A DNA stretch of 64,000 nt, taken from Hydrurus foetidus. Its lineage: Eukaryota. A program made the translations under genes and the position numbers. The stretch lies in the NCBI GenBank assembly GCA_900617105.1, contig UYFQ01000001.1, positions 3,472,001-3,536,000 on the forward strand, given 5' to 3'. A model generated the notes under the pieces. It had not been told where the DNA came from and did no database searches. It was given only the letters and a program-made list of their open reading frames with translations. Below, piece after piece: positions 22,101-29,633 of the stretch. Numbering within the stretch: the first letter of the stretch is position 1; every line of letters starts with the position of its first letter.

Positions 22101-22517
22101 GAATTCAAAACCATCGCCGTGGTGAGTCGTGTGGGGGGTGGGCAGCTCAAAACCGAAGAGTTTGCGCTGACTGCTGGCTGGGGTAGTGGCGGCAGTGGCA
22201 AGCCGGTCATGCCTGGCACAGGAAGGGTGGAGCTGAATGCGCAGAAGGCGCTTGATATTTACCTGAACCCCACCGCCTACTGGCAAAACGTGCCGCAGTT
22301 GGTTTGGGACTTCACCATCGGCGGCTACCAGGTGATGAAAAAGTGGCTCAGCTACCGCGAGCAGCGGGTGCTCGGCCGGGCGCTCACGATGCTTGAGATC
22401 ATGGAAGTCACCACCATGGCCAGACGGCTGGCCGCACTGGTGCAATTGCAAGCTGCGCTGGATGCCAACTACAAAGCCGTGGCGGCTGCAACCTGGGCGT
22501 TTGGCAAGATGGATTGA
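19116..22517 (+). CDS. Single-polypeptide restriction-modification enzyme (type IIG / ISP-like, no helicase): nuclease + amino-methyltransferase + specificity region
   Basis: PDGG...VIEVK (PD-(D/E)xK-like), GVWYTP, VLDPCCGTGAYL (motif I), IIGNPPY (motif IV), C-terminal WDFTIGGYQVMKKWLSYR. Confidence 0.85.
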   Translation: MAKPNLLASFLSAAKSVHSTGGGTKETSYYTAINNLLDGAGHLLKPKVRCVMQLKNLGAGNPDGGLFTADQFDRKTGSAKDLGQPSRGVIEVKAPAEPVDDTATTVQITKYWDRYKLVLVTNLRDWLLLGERGGQRVTLERFSLAADESSFWAMANQPTKAQTERGEAFEDFLARVLQHNAPLAAPKDLAFLLASYAREARHRVEHASPVAAKQLDGLQKSLEQSLGVTFNASEGGHFFRSTLVQTLFYGVFSAWVLRREQAAPGQALGPFDWKSAAHSLNVPMIAALFGQLSQPAKLKALNLTEVLDWATDALNRVDEAAFFKTFESTRSIQYFYEPFLAAFDPELRKKLGVWYTPEEIVKYQVARVDQVLQTELGLPDGLADPNVVVLDPCCGTGAYLVEVLRVIGDKLKNQGADALAAHQLKLAATTRLFGFELLPAPYVVAHLQIGLLLRQLGAPLGHNADGTDERAGVYLTNALTGWEPAKEPKSAVLPFPEFELERDAADHVKQTQKIIVIIGNPPYSAFTGVAPQGEERDLVAPYKEGLITKWGIKKFNLDDLYVRFFRLAERRIAEMGGRGVVSFISNYSWTSEPSYVVLRERLLHNFDKFWIENMHGNRNISEYAPDGKSSETVFAQDGFSPGIRQGVVISTWVKTGKPDVPKQVFYCDSFDQSKAADRRQALLNSLENPERDAIYVQASPASSNKLNFKPSDVGSAFATWPTLAELAGEAPINGLMEKRGGALIDMNKAQLEKRMRAYFDVDISDEAVSELHPALMSDAARFDAKQTRQKLKKSEKFSEIRLQRYSARAFDTRFAYYTPSRPLWNEPRPVLWQQHAPGNRYLVSRPAGVANPEGYPLIFTRCLGDNDALRGHAYYIPLSWHAAKSEDMFATANEAPISTANLSGLARAYLATLNLPNPDTDPNTAELIWMHALAIGYSPAYLADNADGIRENWPRIPLPATREALLTSAALGREVAALLDTETPVPGVTSGTVRPEFKTIAVVSRVGGGQLKTEEFALTAGWGSGGSGKPVMPGTGRVELNAQKALDIYLNPTAYWQNVPQLVWDFTIGGYQVMKKWLSYREQRVLGRALTMLEIMEVTTMARRLAALVQLQAALDANYKAVAAATWAFGKMD

Positions 22518-22546
22518 AGATTTTGAGCGATGGTTTACATCAAAAC

Positions 22547-22985
22547 GCTATTAATTTATGAGCTCCTTGCGCCCGTATCTATTGGTTTACCGGCCAAATA
22601 TATGGGCAAAAGTGACGTTTTTAGGCACCCAAACGCACTTTCAACGCGATTTTTATGTCCCCAGCCCGCCTCAAAAGCCAAAAAACAGGCTTTTTTACCC
22701 TCGTTTTAGGCCGCTAGCCCAATAAAATCGGGCGCGAGCAGCTTTTAAATTAATAGCGCTAGTTTGAAGCTGTGTCATCAATCATCCATGTATTTCTAGC
22801 TTTCGCTAGAGGATTTGCATGGATATTTGTTAAGCAAAGCAAAGGTCCGGAAAGTGGCGAAACGCCTGCAAAACACGCTGGCTACAGGCTGCCAAAGCTT
22901 CCTAAAGCTAAAACAGTGCTTTTCACGCTTGTTTTAGGCCTCTAGCCGAATAAAATCGGGCGCAAGCAGCTACTTATTTAATAGC
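22547..22985. repeat. Cluster of three family A repeats (22547-22598 +, 22704-22757 -, 22932-22985 -)
   Basis: The last two copies are near-identical (TTTTAGGCC.CTAGCCCAATAAAATCGGGCGC.AGCAGCT); the first is inverted relative to them. Confidence 0.88.
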
Positions 22986-23017
22986 GTTTTGTTTGCTTTT
23001 CACACCTCCAGCCTTCG

Positions 23018-23995
23018 ATGCTCGCCATTCTCCTCGTCACTTTCCCCTTTTTTGCGCTGGTGCTGTGCGGCTACGTTGCGGCGCGGTATGCGTGGTTGCC
23101 TTACGCGGCGATCGGCGGGCTAAACACCTTTGTGCTGTACTTTGCGCTGCCGTGCATGTTGTACCGGTTTGGCAGCTCAACGCCGATTGCGCAATTGCTG
23201 GACGTGAGTTTGATGGCGGTGTATTTGGCCTGCGCATTAGTGATGGTCGGCTTCACGATTGCGGTAACGCACCGCGGCCGCATTGGCTGGAACGACGCTT
23301 CGTTTGGCGCGCTGGTTGGCGCGTTTCCCAATACCGGTTTTATGGGTGTGCCGCTGCTGGTAGCGTTGCTCGGCGCCAAGGCTGCAGGCCCAGCGATTGT
23401 GTCGATTGTGATTGACCTTGTGATCACGAGCTCGCTGTGCATTGCGCTGTCGCGTCTGGATTCAGCGGGCGAGGCAATAGAGGGCGGGGCGGGGGCGGGT
23501 GGCGCGAGCATGGCAGCTAAAAACGCGCTGAAAGGCGTGGCCAAAAACCCGATGCCGTGGGCGATTTTGGCGGGTGCTGTGGCGTCGGCGTTTCAATTCA
23601 CGCTGCCGCTGCCCGTGGCGCAAACCGTGGGCTTGCTGGCCGATGCCGCATCGCCAGTTGCTTTGTTCACCATTGGCGCAGTGCTTGCCCGCTCGCAAGC
23701 TACCGCCACGGCCACCACGCCGTTTGTTGAATATGTGCCGGTTGTGCTGATCAAGCTGGTGCTGCACCCCGTGCTGCTGCTACTGATGGGCCTGGTGGCA
23801 ATTCGCTTGGGCTTGCCGCTAGACCGGTTCGCACTAACGGTAGTGGTGCTGGTGGCGGCATTGCCCAGCGCCAGCAACGTCGCCATGCTGGCAGAGCGCT
23901 TTGGCGCAGACAACGGCCGCATTGCGCGAATTATTTTGCTGTCGACGGTGCTGGCCTTTTTTACTTTTTCTGGGGCTGTGGCGTTGCTGGTTTGA
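23018..23995 (+). CDS. AEC (auxin efflux carrier) family membrane transporter
   Basis: FVLYFALPCMLY, FPNTGFMGVP, ASPVALFTIG and AALPSASN motifs; polytopic. Confidence 0.88.
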   Translation: MLAILLVTFPFFALVLCGYVAARYAWLPYAAIGGLNTFVLYFALPCMLYRFGSSTPIAQLLDVSLMAVYLACALVMVGFTIAVTHRGRIGWNDASFGALVGAFPNTGFMGVPLLVALLGAKAAGPAIVSIVIDLVITSSLCIALSRLDSAGEAIEGGAGAGGASMAAKNALKGVAKNPMPWAILAGAVASAFQFTLPLPVAQTVGLLADAASPVALFTIGAVLARSQATATATTPFVEYVPVVLIKLVLHPVLLLLMGLVAIRLGLPLDRFALTVVVLVAALPSASNVAMLAERFGADNGRIARIILLSTVLAFFTFSGAVALLV

Positions 23996-24018
23996 TTTGG
24001 TTGGTTGAGCGCTTTAAC

Positions 24019-24363
24019 TCAACCCCTAAGCATCCGGCGCTGCAACAAAGCCTGCATGTCGCGCCTGCCGTCAACAATCAGGTAGACGTAAACCATACGG
24101 CGTTTGTCGGCCTTCATCACGCGGTAAATCACTCGGTAGGGCTTGAAATCGGTTTCACGGTACTCCCGAATCCCTAGCGCTAGCAACTCTTTCGTCCAGG
24201 CATCACGTTCGGGCATATTCGCAAGGCTTGCGAGTAACTGCCCAATGCGGTCCAACACATGGTCAGCTTTGGCAGGCGCATCAATCTCGGCAATGTAGTC
24301 GTAAAGCTCTTGAAGATCTTGCTCTGCGTCTTTAGTGAGCACCGCTTCGTAAACAGCTGTCAT
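24019..24363 (-). CDS. RelE/ParE-family toxin
   Basis: LTKDAEQDLQELYDYIA...KPYRVIYRV...IVDGRRDM; directly downstream of a Phd-type antitoxin. Confidence 0.85.
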   Translation of the reverse strand: MTAVYEAVLTKDAEQDLQELYDYIAEIDAPAKADHVLDRIGQLLASLANMPERDAWTKELLALGIREYRETDFKPYRVIYRVMKADKRRMVYVYLIVDGRRDMQALLQRRMLRG

Positions 24364-24373
24364 TGGCTAGTGG

Positions 24374-24655
24374 CTAGTGGCTAACAGTGGTCTGCTTGGC
24401 TCGAATACGTGCAACAGCGTCAGCGGCGCGAATCACTTTTCCTTGTTCAATTTGTTGGTTGCCTAGTGCCAGAATCTTCAGCAAAGCTAGAGCTTGCTGG
24501 TCGGCTTCGTAGCTGGCAATGTCCTGCATCACTGCGGTTGCCTCACCGTTTTGCGTAATGACCAGCACATCACGGCTTTCGATTAGCTCACGCAGAACCT
24601 GCGCGGCGTTGGCCTTGACATAACTGATGGGTTTGATTTGGGTAGAGTAGTTCAT
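24374..24655 (-). CDS. Phd/YefM-family antitoxin
   Basis: IKPISYVKANAAQVL...LVITQNGEATAVMQDIASYE. Start set at ATG 24655. Confidence 0.88.
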   Translation of the reverse strand: MNYSTQIKPISYVKANAAQVLRELIESRDVLVITQNGEATAVMQDIASYEADQQALALLKILALGNQQIEQGKVIRAADAVARIRAKQTTVSH

Positions 24656-24725
24656 GGTCTGAATATATTTTTTATTTAGTCTTTTGACAACACAAAAGCC
24701 CAAATCAAAAAAAACAATCACTGCC

Positions 24726-26987
24726 TCAAATCGCCAGCGGATCCACATCAATCGCCCAGCGAATCAGGCTTTTAAATTCACCTTGCTTACGCGTTTCAAA
24801 CAGCACCGGTTGCCATGCCGCTAAAAACCGTTGCAGGGCGGTGCGGGATGCGCTTTCAACCAGCATTTGCGCGCGCTCGATGTTGGCTACCCGCTGAATC
24901 GTCATGGGCACGGCTGGGTAGGCGGTAATTTGGTCGTGGCGTTCTATTTGTCCGGCTATTGCCGCAGCAATGGCGGCTCTTAAAAAGCCTTGCGCTACTT
25001 CTTGGTCTTTGGCCTCGGCCCGCACCAGCGCTGAAAAGCCGAATGGGGACAGGCCTGCGGCTTGGCGTTCTGCCAGTTGCTGGGCGGCAAACTTGGGGTA
25101 GTCGTGCGCTTTGAGCGCTGCAAACAGCGGGTGCTGGGGGTGAAAGGTTTGCACCCACATTTCACTCTGGGCGCTGCGGGCGGCGTCGCGCCCGGCACGG
25201 CCACCGGCTTGCATCAACAGGCTGAACAAACGCTCTGGCGCGCGGAAGTCGCTTGAGAACAAAGCCCCGTCGGGGTTGATGGCCGCGACCAGCGTGATGT
25301 GCCTGAAATCGTGGCCCTTGGCAATCATTTGCGTGCCAACCAGTACATCGACCTCGCCAGCATGCACGCTGGCGAGTTGCTGCTGCAGTGCGCCTTTGAG
25401 ACGGGTGCTGTCGGCGTCAATGCGCGCAATGCGTACCGCGCCGCCGTCGGGGCGTTTGATGCTTGCCAGCAGCTCGGCCAGGTGTTCTTCAAGCCGCTCG
25501 GTGCCGCGCCCGACGGGGGAGATGTCGATATTGCCGCAGGCGGGGCAGGCGCGTGGCACGCGCTCGGTGAAGCCGCAGTGGTGGCAGCGCAGGCTGCGGT
25601 CAATTTTGTGAAACACGCGGTACGCGCTGCAATGCGGGCATTCGCTTTTCCAGCCGCAGTCGTGGCAGGCCAGCACCGGGGCGTAGCCGCGCCGGTTGAG
25701 AAAAATCAGCGACTGCTCGCCGCGTGCGATGCGTTCTTCGATGGCTTTGACCAGTGGCGGGGCGATGACGCAGTGCTTGGGCTGGTGGTTCATGTCCAGG
25801 CGTTTGACGGTGGGGAGTTGGCCGGGTGTTGGAACCGGGTTTGCAGGCGGGGAGCCCTGTCTTGCAGACCGCTGACCCGTCAGAGCCGGGTCTTCTTCAC
25901 GCTGTCCAGGAGCGCGCAGGCGCTCTTGGAGCCGCAGCGTGAAGCCCCCGCCCTCTCCCAAGGGGAGAGGGAGCAACTCTGGGGAGTTAGAGAGCGAAGC
26001 GCCGATTCGTTCATCCATTCTCAACAGTTGGTACTTTTTAGAAATCGTAGCCTGCCAGCTTTCAAGCGAAGGCGTGGCCGACCCGAGCAGCACGCGGCAA
26101 TCGGCTTGAATACTGGCGCGGTACACCGCCAAGTCACGCGCTGAATAACGCGCGCCTTCTTGCTGCTTGTAGCTGGGGTCGTGTTCTTCATCGACCACGA
26201 TCAGCTTGAGGTTCGGCATGGACGCCAGCACCGCCATGCGCGTGCCCAAGATTAGCCGTGCGTTGCCTGAATGCGCTGCCAGCCAGCTTTTCAGGCGCTG
26301 CGCGGGGGTCAAACCGCTGTGCATGGCTACGACACGCTCCAAGCCCAAATGCGCAAAGCGCTCCTCAAACCGGGCTTGCAGCTGCGGGGTGAGGTTAATT
26401 TCAGGCACCATCACCAGCACTTGCGCGGTGGGGTCTTGCGCGAGAACGCTGGCAGCCAAGCGCAAATACACCTCGGTTTTGCCGCTGCCGGTGGCGCCAA
26501 AAAGCAGGGCGGGGCGCTTTTTAGCGCTGTTTTCGGCATCAAAATCGGCTATAGCCCTTGTTTGTTGGGCGCTAGAAGCTATTAAATTCGTAGCGTTTTC
26601 TGGTTGACTGGTGTCTACCACGGGGCGCTTTAACCGCCTGGCCAGCTGCACGCCCGTTAACTCACGCAACTGTGGCGGCAGCGCGGCCAGCGCCACTTCG
26701 CCCAGCGAGCGCTGGTAATAGCTGGCGGTAAAGTTAACCAGCGCCCGCCAGTCGGCTGCCAGCGGCGCCAGCCCTTCAAGCGCGCCAGCGATGCTTTTGG
26801 TCTGCATTTCCAGCAAATTACCGGCATCGAGAGCGGTGCCCCAGACCACACCCAGCACCTCGCGTTTGCCCAGCGGCACGCGCACCAGTGTGCCGGGCGC
26901 TAGTGGCAGCTCACTTCGGTAAGTCAGCGGCCCGGCGATAGCGCTGTGAGCAGGTGCAGCCACCACCACTTGCAGCCAGCAGGTCAT
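24726..26987 (-). CDS. priA: Primosomal protein N' (replication restart helicase) with repeat-derived in-frame insertions
   Basis: GATGSGKTEVY, VDEEHDPSYKQQEG, FLNRRGYAP with four CxxC pairs, GTQMIAKGHDF, WAIDVDP. Confidence 0.96.
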   Translation of the reverse strand: MTCWLQVVVAAPAHSAIAGPLTYRSELPLAPGTLVRVPLGKREVLGVVWGTALDAGNLLEMQTKSIAGALEGLAPLAADWRALVNFTASYYQRSLGEVALAALPPQLRELTGVQLARRLKRPVVDTSQPENATNLIASSAQQTRAIADFDAENSAKKRPALLFGATGSGKTEVYLRLAASVLAQDPTAQVLVMVPEINLTPQLQARFEERFAHLGLERVVAMHSGLTPAQRLKSWLAAHSGNARLILGTRMAVLASMPNLKLIVVDEEHDPSYKQQEGARYSARDLAVYRASIQADCRVLLGSATPSLESWQATISKKYQLLRMDERIGASLSNSPELLPLPLGEGGGFTLRLQERLRAPGQREEDPALTGQRSARQGSPPANPVPTPGQLPTVKRLDMNHQPKHCVIAPPLVKAIEERIARGEQSLIFLNRRGYAPVLACHDCGWKSECPHCSAYRVFHKIDRSLRCHHCGFTERVPRACPACGNIDISPVGRGTERLEEHLAELLASIKRPDGGAVRIARIDADSTRLKGALQQQLASVHAGEVDVLVGTQMIAKGHDFRHITLVAAINPDGALFSSDFRAPERLFSLLMQAGGRAGRDAARSAQSEMWVQTFHPQHPLFAALKAHDYPKFAAQQLAERQAAGLSPFGFSALVRAEAKDQEVAQGFLRAAIAAAIAGQIERHDQITAYPAVPMTIQRVANIERAQMLVESASRTALQRFLAAWQPVLFETRKQGEFKSLIRWAIDVDPLAI
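25895..25971. repeat. Palindromic elements inside priA
   Basis: CTTCACGCTG...CAGCGTGAAG enclosing TCCAGGAGCGC-GCAG-GCGCTCTTGGA (25895-25944), and CCCTCTCCC-AAG-GGGAGAGGG (25951-25971). Confidence 0.8.
26547..26594 (-). repeat. Family A repeat (degenerate), in frame inside priA
   Basis: GGCTATAGCCCTTGTTTGTTGGGCGCTAGAAGCTATTAAATTCGTAGC, read as ATNLIASSAQQTRAIA. Confidence 0.75.
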
Positions 26988-27061
26988 GATGCAGGGGTTA
27001 AAAATAAGTGGAGGCGCAGAAAACTAATCATAAAAGCTTCACCAACACATGCAGACAATGC

Positions 27062-27302
27062 GCTAAGTGCTTGATTTGCCAGTGCTTTACAGATGTTCAA
27101 GATTTCTGTGGATAACTTTGTTGATAGATTACCCCCGTAGCGCTGAAGGCCTTTGAAATCAAGGCTTTCACTAAATTGCCACAAAATAAAGCAGTTTATA
27201 AAACCTATATAAATCAACAACTTAGCTGCGCTATGGCTTTGATAGCGAGGGAGCCGCTGTGACTGGTCAGTCACTAATCTGCAGCATAAATTTTGTGCAT
27301 AA
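27062..27302. promoter_or_regulatory. AT-rich hemE-priA spacer with DnaA-box and IHF-site matches
   Basis: TGTGGATAA 27107-27115 and TGTGCATAA 27294-27302 (both fit TTWTNCACA on the minus strand); AATCAACAACTTA 27212-27224 and inverted TAAGTGCTTGATT 27064-27076 (both fit WATCAANNNNTTR). Confidence 0.6.
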
Positions 27303-27386
27303 GTTGCGTTGCGTTCGGTCAATTTTGTGCTACGCGGAGCCATTGATAAGCTGCCGTTATCGATCGATTGCCAAGGCTTCGTTAAA

Positions 27387-28484
27387 TCAGACGGTTGCCA
27401 GTCGCATTTGGCGAGAGTGAGCGTGCACTGCGTTGACCAGCACCTCGACATTTTCAGGCGGCGTGAACTGGCTGATGCCGTGGCCTAGGTTAAAAATGTG
27501 CGTTGGGCCGGTGGTTTTTGCGTCTGTATGGGGCTTGCCAAAGCTGTCTAACACCTTGATTGCCTCGGCTTGCACTTGAGCTGGGTTGGCAAACAACACA
27601 TTGGGGTCCAGGTTGCCCTGCAGCGCCATCTTATGGCCAACCTGCGCCCGCGCCTTGCCCAAGTTCACGTTCCAGTCCAGGCCCAGCACCTCGCAGTCGA
27701 GCTGGGCCATGGCGTCAAGCCACAAGCCGCCGCCTTTGGTAAACACCAGGCGCGGAATCACCACACCGTCATGGCTGCGTTTGAGCTTGGCTAGCACCCG
27801 TGCCGTGTAAGGCAGGCTAAATTCATGAAAAGCCGCGTCCGACAGCACGCCGCCCCAGCTGTCAAAAATCATGACGGCTTGTGCACCAGCTTCAATTTGC
27901 GCGTTCAGGTACTCGGCCACTGAATCAGCATTAATCGCCAGCATTTTGTGCATCAAATCCGGCCGCTGGTACATCATGGTTTTAACCAAGCGGTAGTCGT
28001 CGCTGCCTTGGCCTTCAACCATGTAGCAAGCCAGCGTCCACGGGCTGCCTGAAAAGCCGATGAGGGGTACGCGGCCATTGAGCGCTTTGCGAATCGACGT
28101 GACTGCGTCAAACACATAGCGCAGCTTGGCCATGTCGGGCACGGCCAGCTTGGCCACGGCGGCGTCGTCGCGCACGTTGTGGGCGAACTTGGGGCCTTCG
28201 CCCAAAGCAAAGCTGAGGCCCAGGCCCATCGCATCAGGGATAGTCAAAATGTCGCTGAACAAAATAGCGGCGTCTAACTTGTAGCGCTCTAGCGGCTGCA
28301 GTGTCACTTCCGTCGCGTAGTCTGTGTTGGTGGCCAGACCCATGAAGCTGCCTGCCTTGGCTCGGGTGTCGCGGTATTCGGGCAAATAGCGGCCAGCTTG
28401 GCGCATTAGCCAAACGGGGGTGTGGGTGGTGGCTTGGCGCATGCACGCGCGGAGGAAGGTGTCGTTTTGAAGAGGTGCGTACAT
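27387..28484 (-). CDS. hemE: Uroporphyrinogen decarboxylase
   Basis: [46 protein letters not shown]. Confidence 0.98.
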   Translation of the reverse strand: MYAPLQNDTFLRACMRQATTHTPVWLMRQAGRYLPEYRDTRAKAGSFMGLATNTDYATEVTLQPLERYKLDAAILFSDILTIPDAMGLGLSFALGEGPKFAHNVRDDAAVAKLAVPDMAKLRYVFDAVTSIRKALNGRVPLIGFSGSPWTLACYMVEGQGSDDYRLVKTMMYQRPDLMHKMLAINADSVAEYLNAQIEAGAQAVMIFDSWGGVLSDAAFHEFSLPYTARVLAKLKRSHDGVVIPRLVFTKGGGLWLDAMAQLDCEVLGLDWNVNLGKARAQVGHKMALQGNLDPNVLFANPAQVQAEAIKVLDSFGKPHTDAKTTGPTHIFNLGHGISQFTPPENVEVLVNAVHAHSRQMRLATV

Positions 28485-28550
28485 GGCTGTGGACAGTTAA
28501 AAACTCTGAACTGTGGGCGGGAACCGAATGATCCAACCCCGCCTGCCGCA

Positions 28551-28994
28551 CTATCGCAACAAACGATGTTCGATTTTAAGGCAACGGTCTTGCACCACAA
28601 CCAAGCCTGCTGCTTGGGCAGCCGCTGCGGCGGTTGGATGTGAAATGCCCTGCTGCATCCATATCGCCTTGATGCCTGCAAGGCTGGCTAACGCGACGGC
28701 CTCCATCACGATGGGCGGTATGTCGGCGCTGTTTCTAAAGCAGTTCACCAAGTCAAACTTTGCTTGGGCAGCAGCTGCGCCTAAGCTGGGGTAGCACTTC
28801 TCGCCCAAGATGTCGGTTTCATTCGGGTTGATGGGAATGATTCGGTAGCCGTGCGCCTGCATGTACTGGGCCACGCCGTAGCTGGGCCGCGCCGGGTTGC
28901 CTGACAAACCCACCACCGCGATGGTGCGGCAGTGGCTCAAGACATAGGCGATGTCAGCGGTCGTGTCAGTGATGCTGTTCGAGGGCGCGGTCAT
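28551..28994 (-). CDS. CoA-binding domain protein (YccU-like)
   Basis: TIAVVGLSGNPARPSYGVAQYM...IIPINP...IWMQQGI...VVQDRCLKIEH. Confidence 0.88.
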   Translation of the reverse strand: MTAPSNSITDTTADIAYVLSHCRTIAVVGLSGNPARPSYGVAQYMQAHGYRIIPINPNETDILGEKCYPSLGAAAAQAKFDLVNCFRNSADIPPIVMEAVALASLAGIKAIWMQQGISHPTAAAAAQAAGLVVVQDRCLKIEHRLLR

Positions 28995-29614
28995 GCGTCT
29001 TTGTACTTGACCGAGCAGCCGTAGGCTCTGGTCGATGCTACGCTGATCGGCTTGCCGCCCAGCGCCTCGTTCAAGCCTTGGCGAATGTAGTTGGTCGCGG
29101 TTTTGATGTCGTCAACGCGTGCAGACGGTACGCTGTCAATCGCACCGGCGTACACCAGCACGCCTTGTGGGTTGACGATGTACATGTGCGGCGTGGTTTT
29201 GGCGCTGTACAGCTGGCCAATCTTGCCTGACTCGTCCATCAGCACCGCCGTTGGCTTGGCCAGTTTGTCGTTGACCCAGCCGCTGATCTTGGCCGGTGAA
29301 AAGTATTCGTAGTTATCTTTTTCAGTCGACGCAATGGCCAGCCACACCACGCCTTTGGCGGTGAATTCTTTTTGCAGCGCCTGCATGTTGCCGCCGTAAT
29401 GCTTGACGACAAACGGGCAGCCGGGGTTGGTCCATTCCAGCACCACATGCTTGCCTTTGAAGTCACTCAGCTTGCGGGTTTTGCCCAGCGCGTCCAGCGC
29501 CGTAAAGTCAGGGGCGGCTTGGCCGACGGTGGCAGTAGCGGCTTGCGCTTGGGTCATGCCCACGGCCAATGTTGGCAAGATAAGCGAAGAAGAAAAAGTT
29601 CGGCGATTCAACAT
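28991..29614 (-). CDS. Exported redoxin (AhpC/TSA, thioredoxin fold)
   Basis: NRRTF signal, VGQAAPDFT, VVLEWTNPGCPFV, AKTTPHMY, YGCSVKY; AGGAG before ATG 29614. Confidence 0.85.
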   Translation of the reverse strand: MLNRRTFSSSLILPTLAVGMTQAQAATATVGQAAPDFTALDALGKTRKLSDFKGKHVVLEWTNPGCPFVVKHYGGNMQALQKEFTAKGVVWLAIASTEKDNYEYFSPAKISGWVNDKLAKPTAVLMDESGKIGQLYSAKTTPHMYIVNPQGVLVYAGAIDSVPSARVDDIKTATNYIRQGLNEALGGKPISVASTRAYGCSVKYKDA

Positions 29615-29633
29615 GGTTAAAACTCCTAAAAAG

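Noticed and set aside
22835..22910. Possible c-di-GMP-I riboswitch (GCAAA and GAAA-loop elements)
   Set aside because: The order and pairing of elements do not fit the consensus by eye; an Rfam scan would be needed.
26984..27451. 155-aa ORF across the hemE-priA spacer
   Set aside because: Atypical composition, overlaps hemE, and the region is better explained as regulatory DNA.
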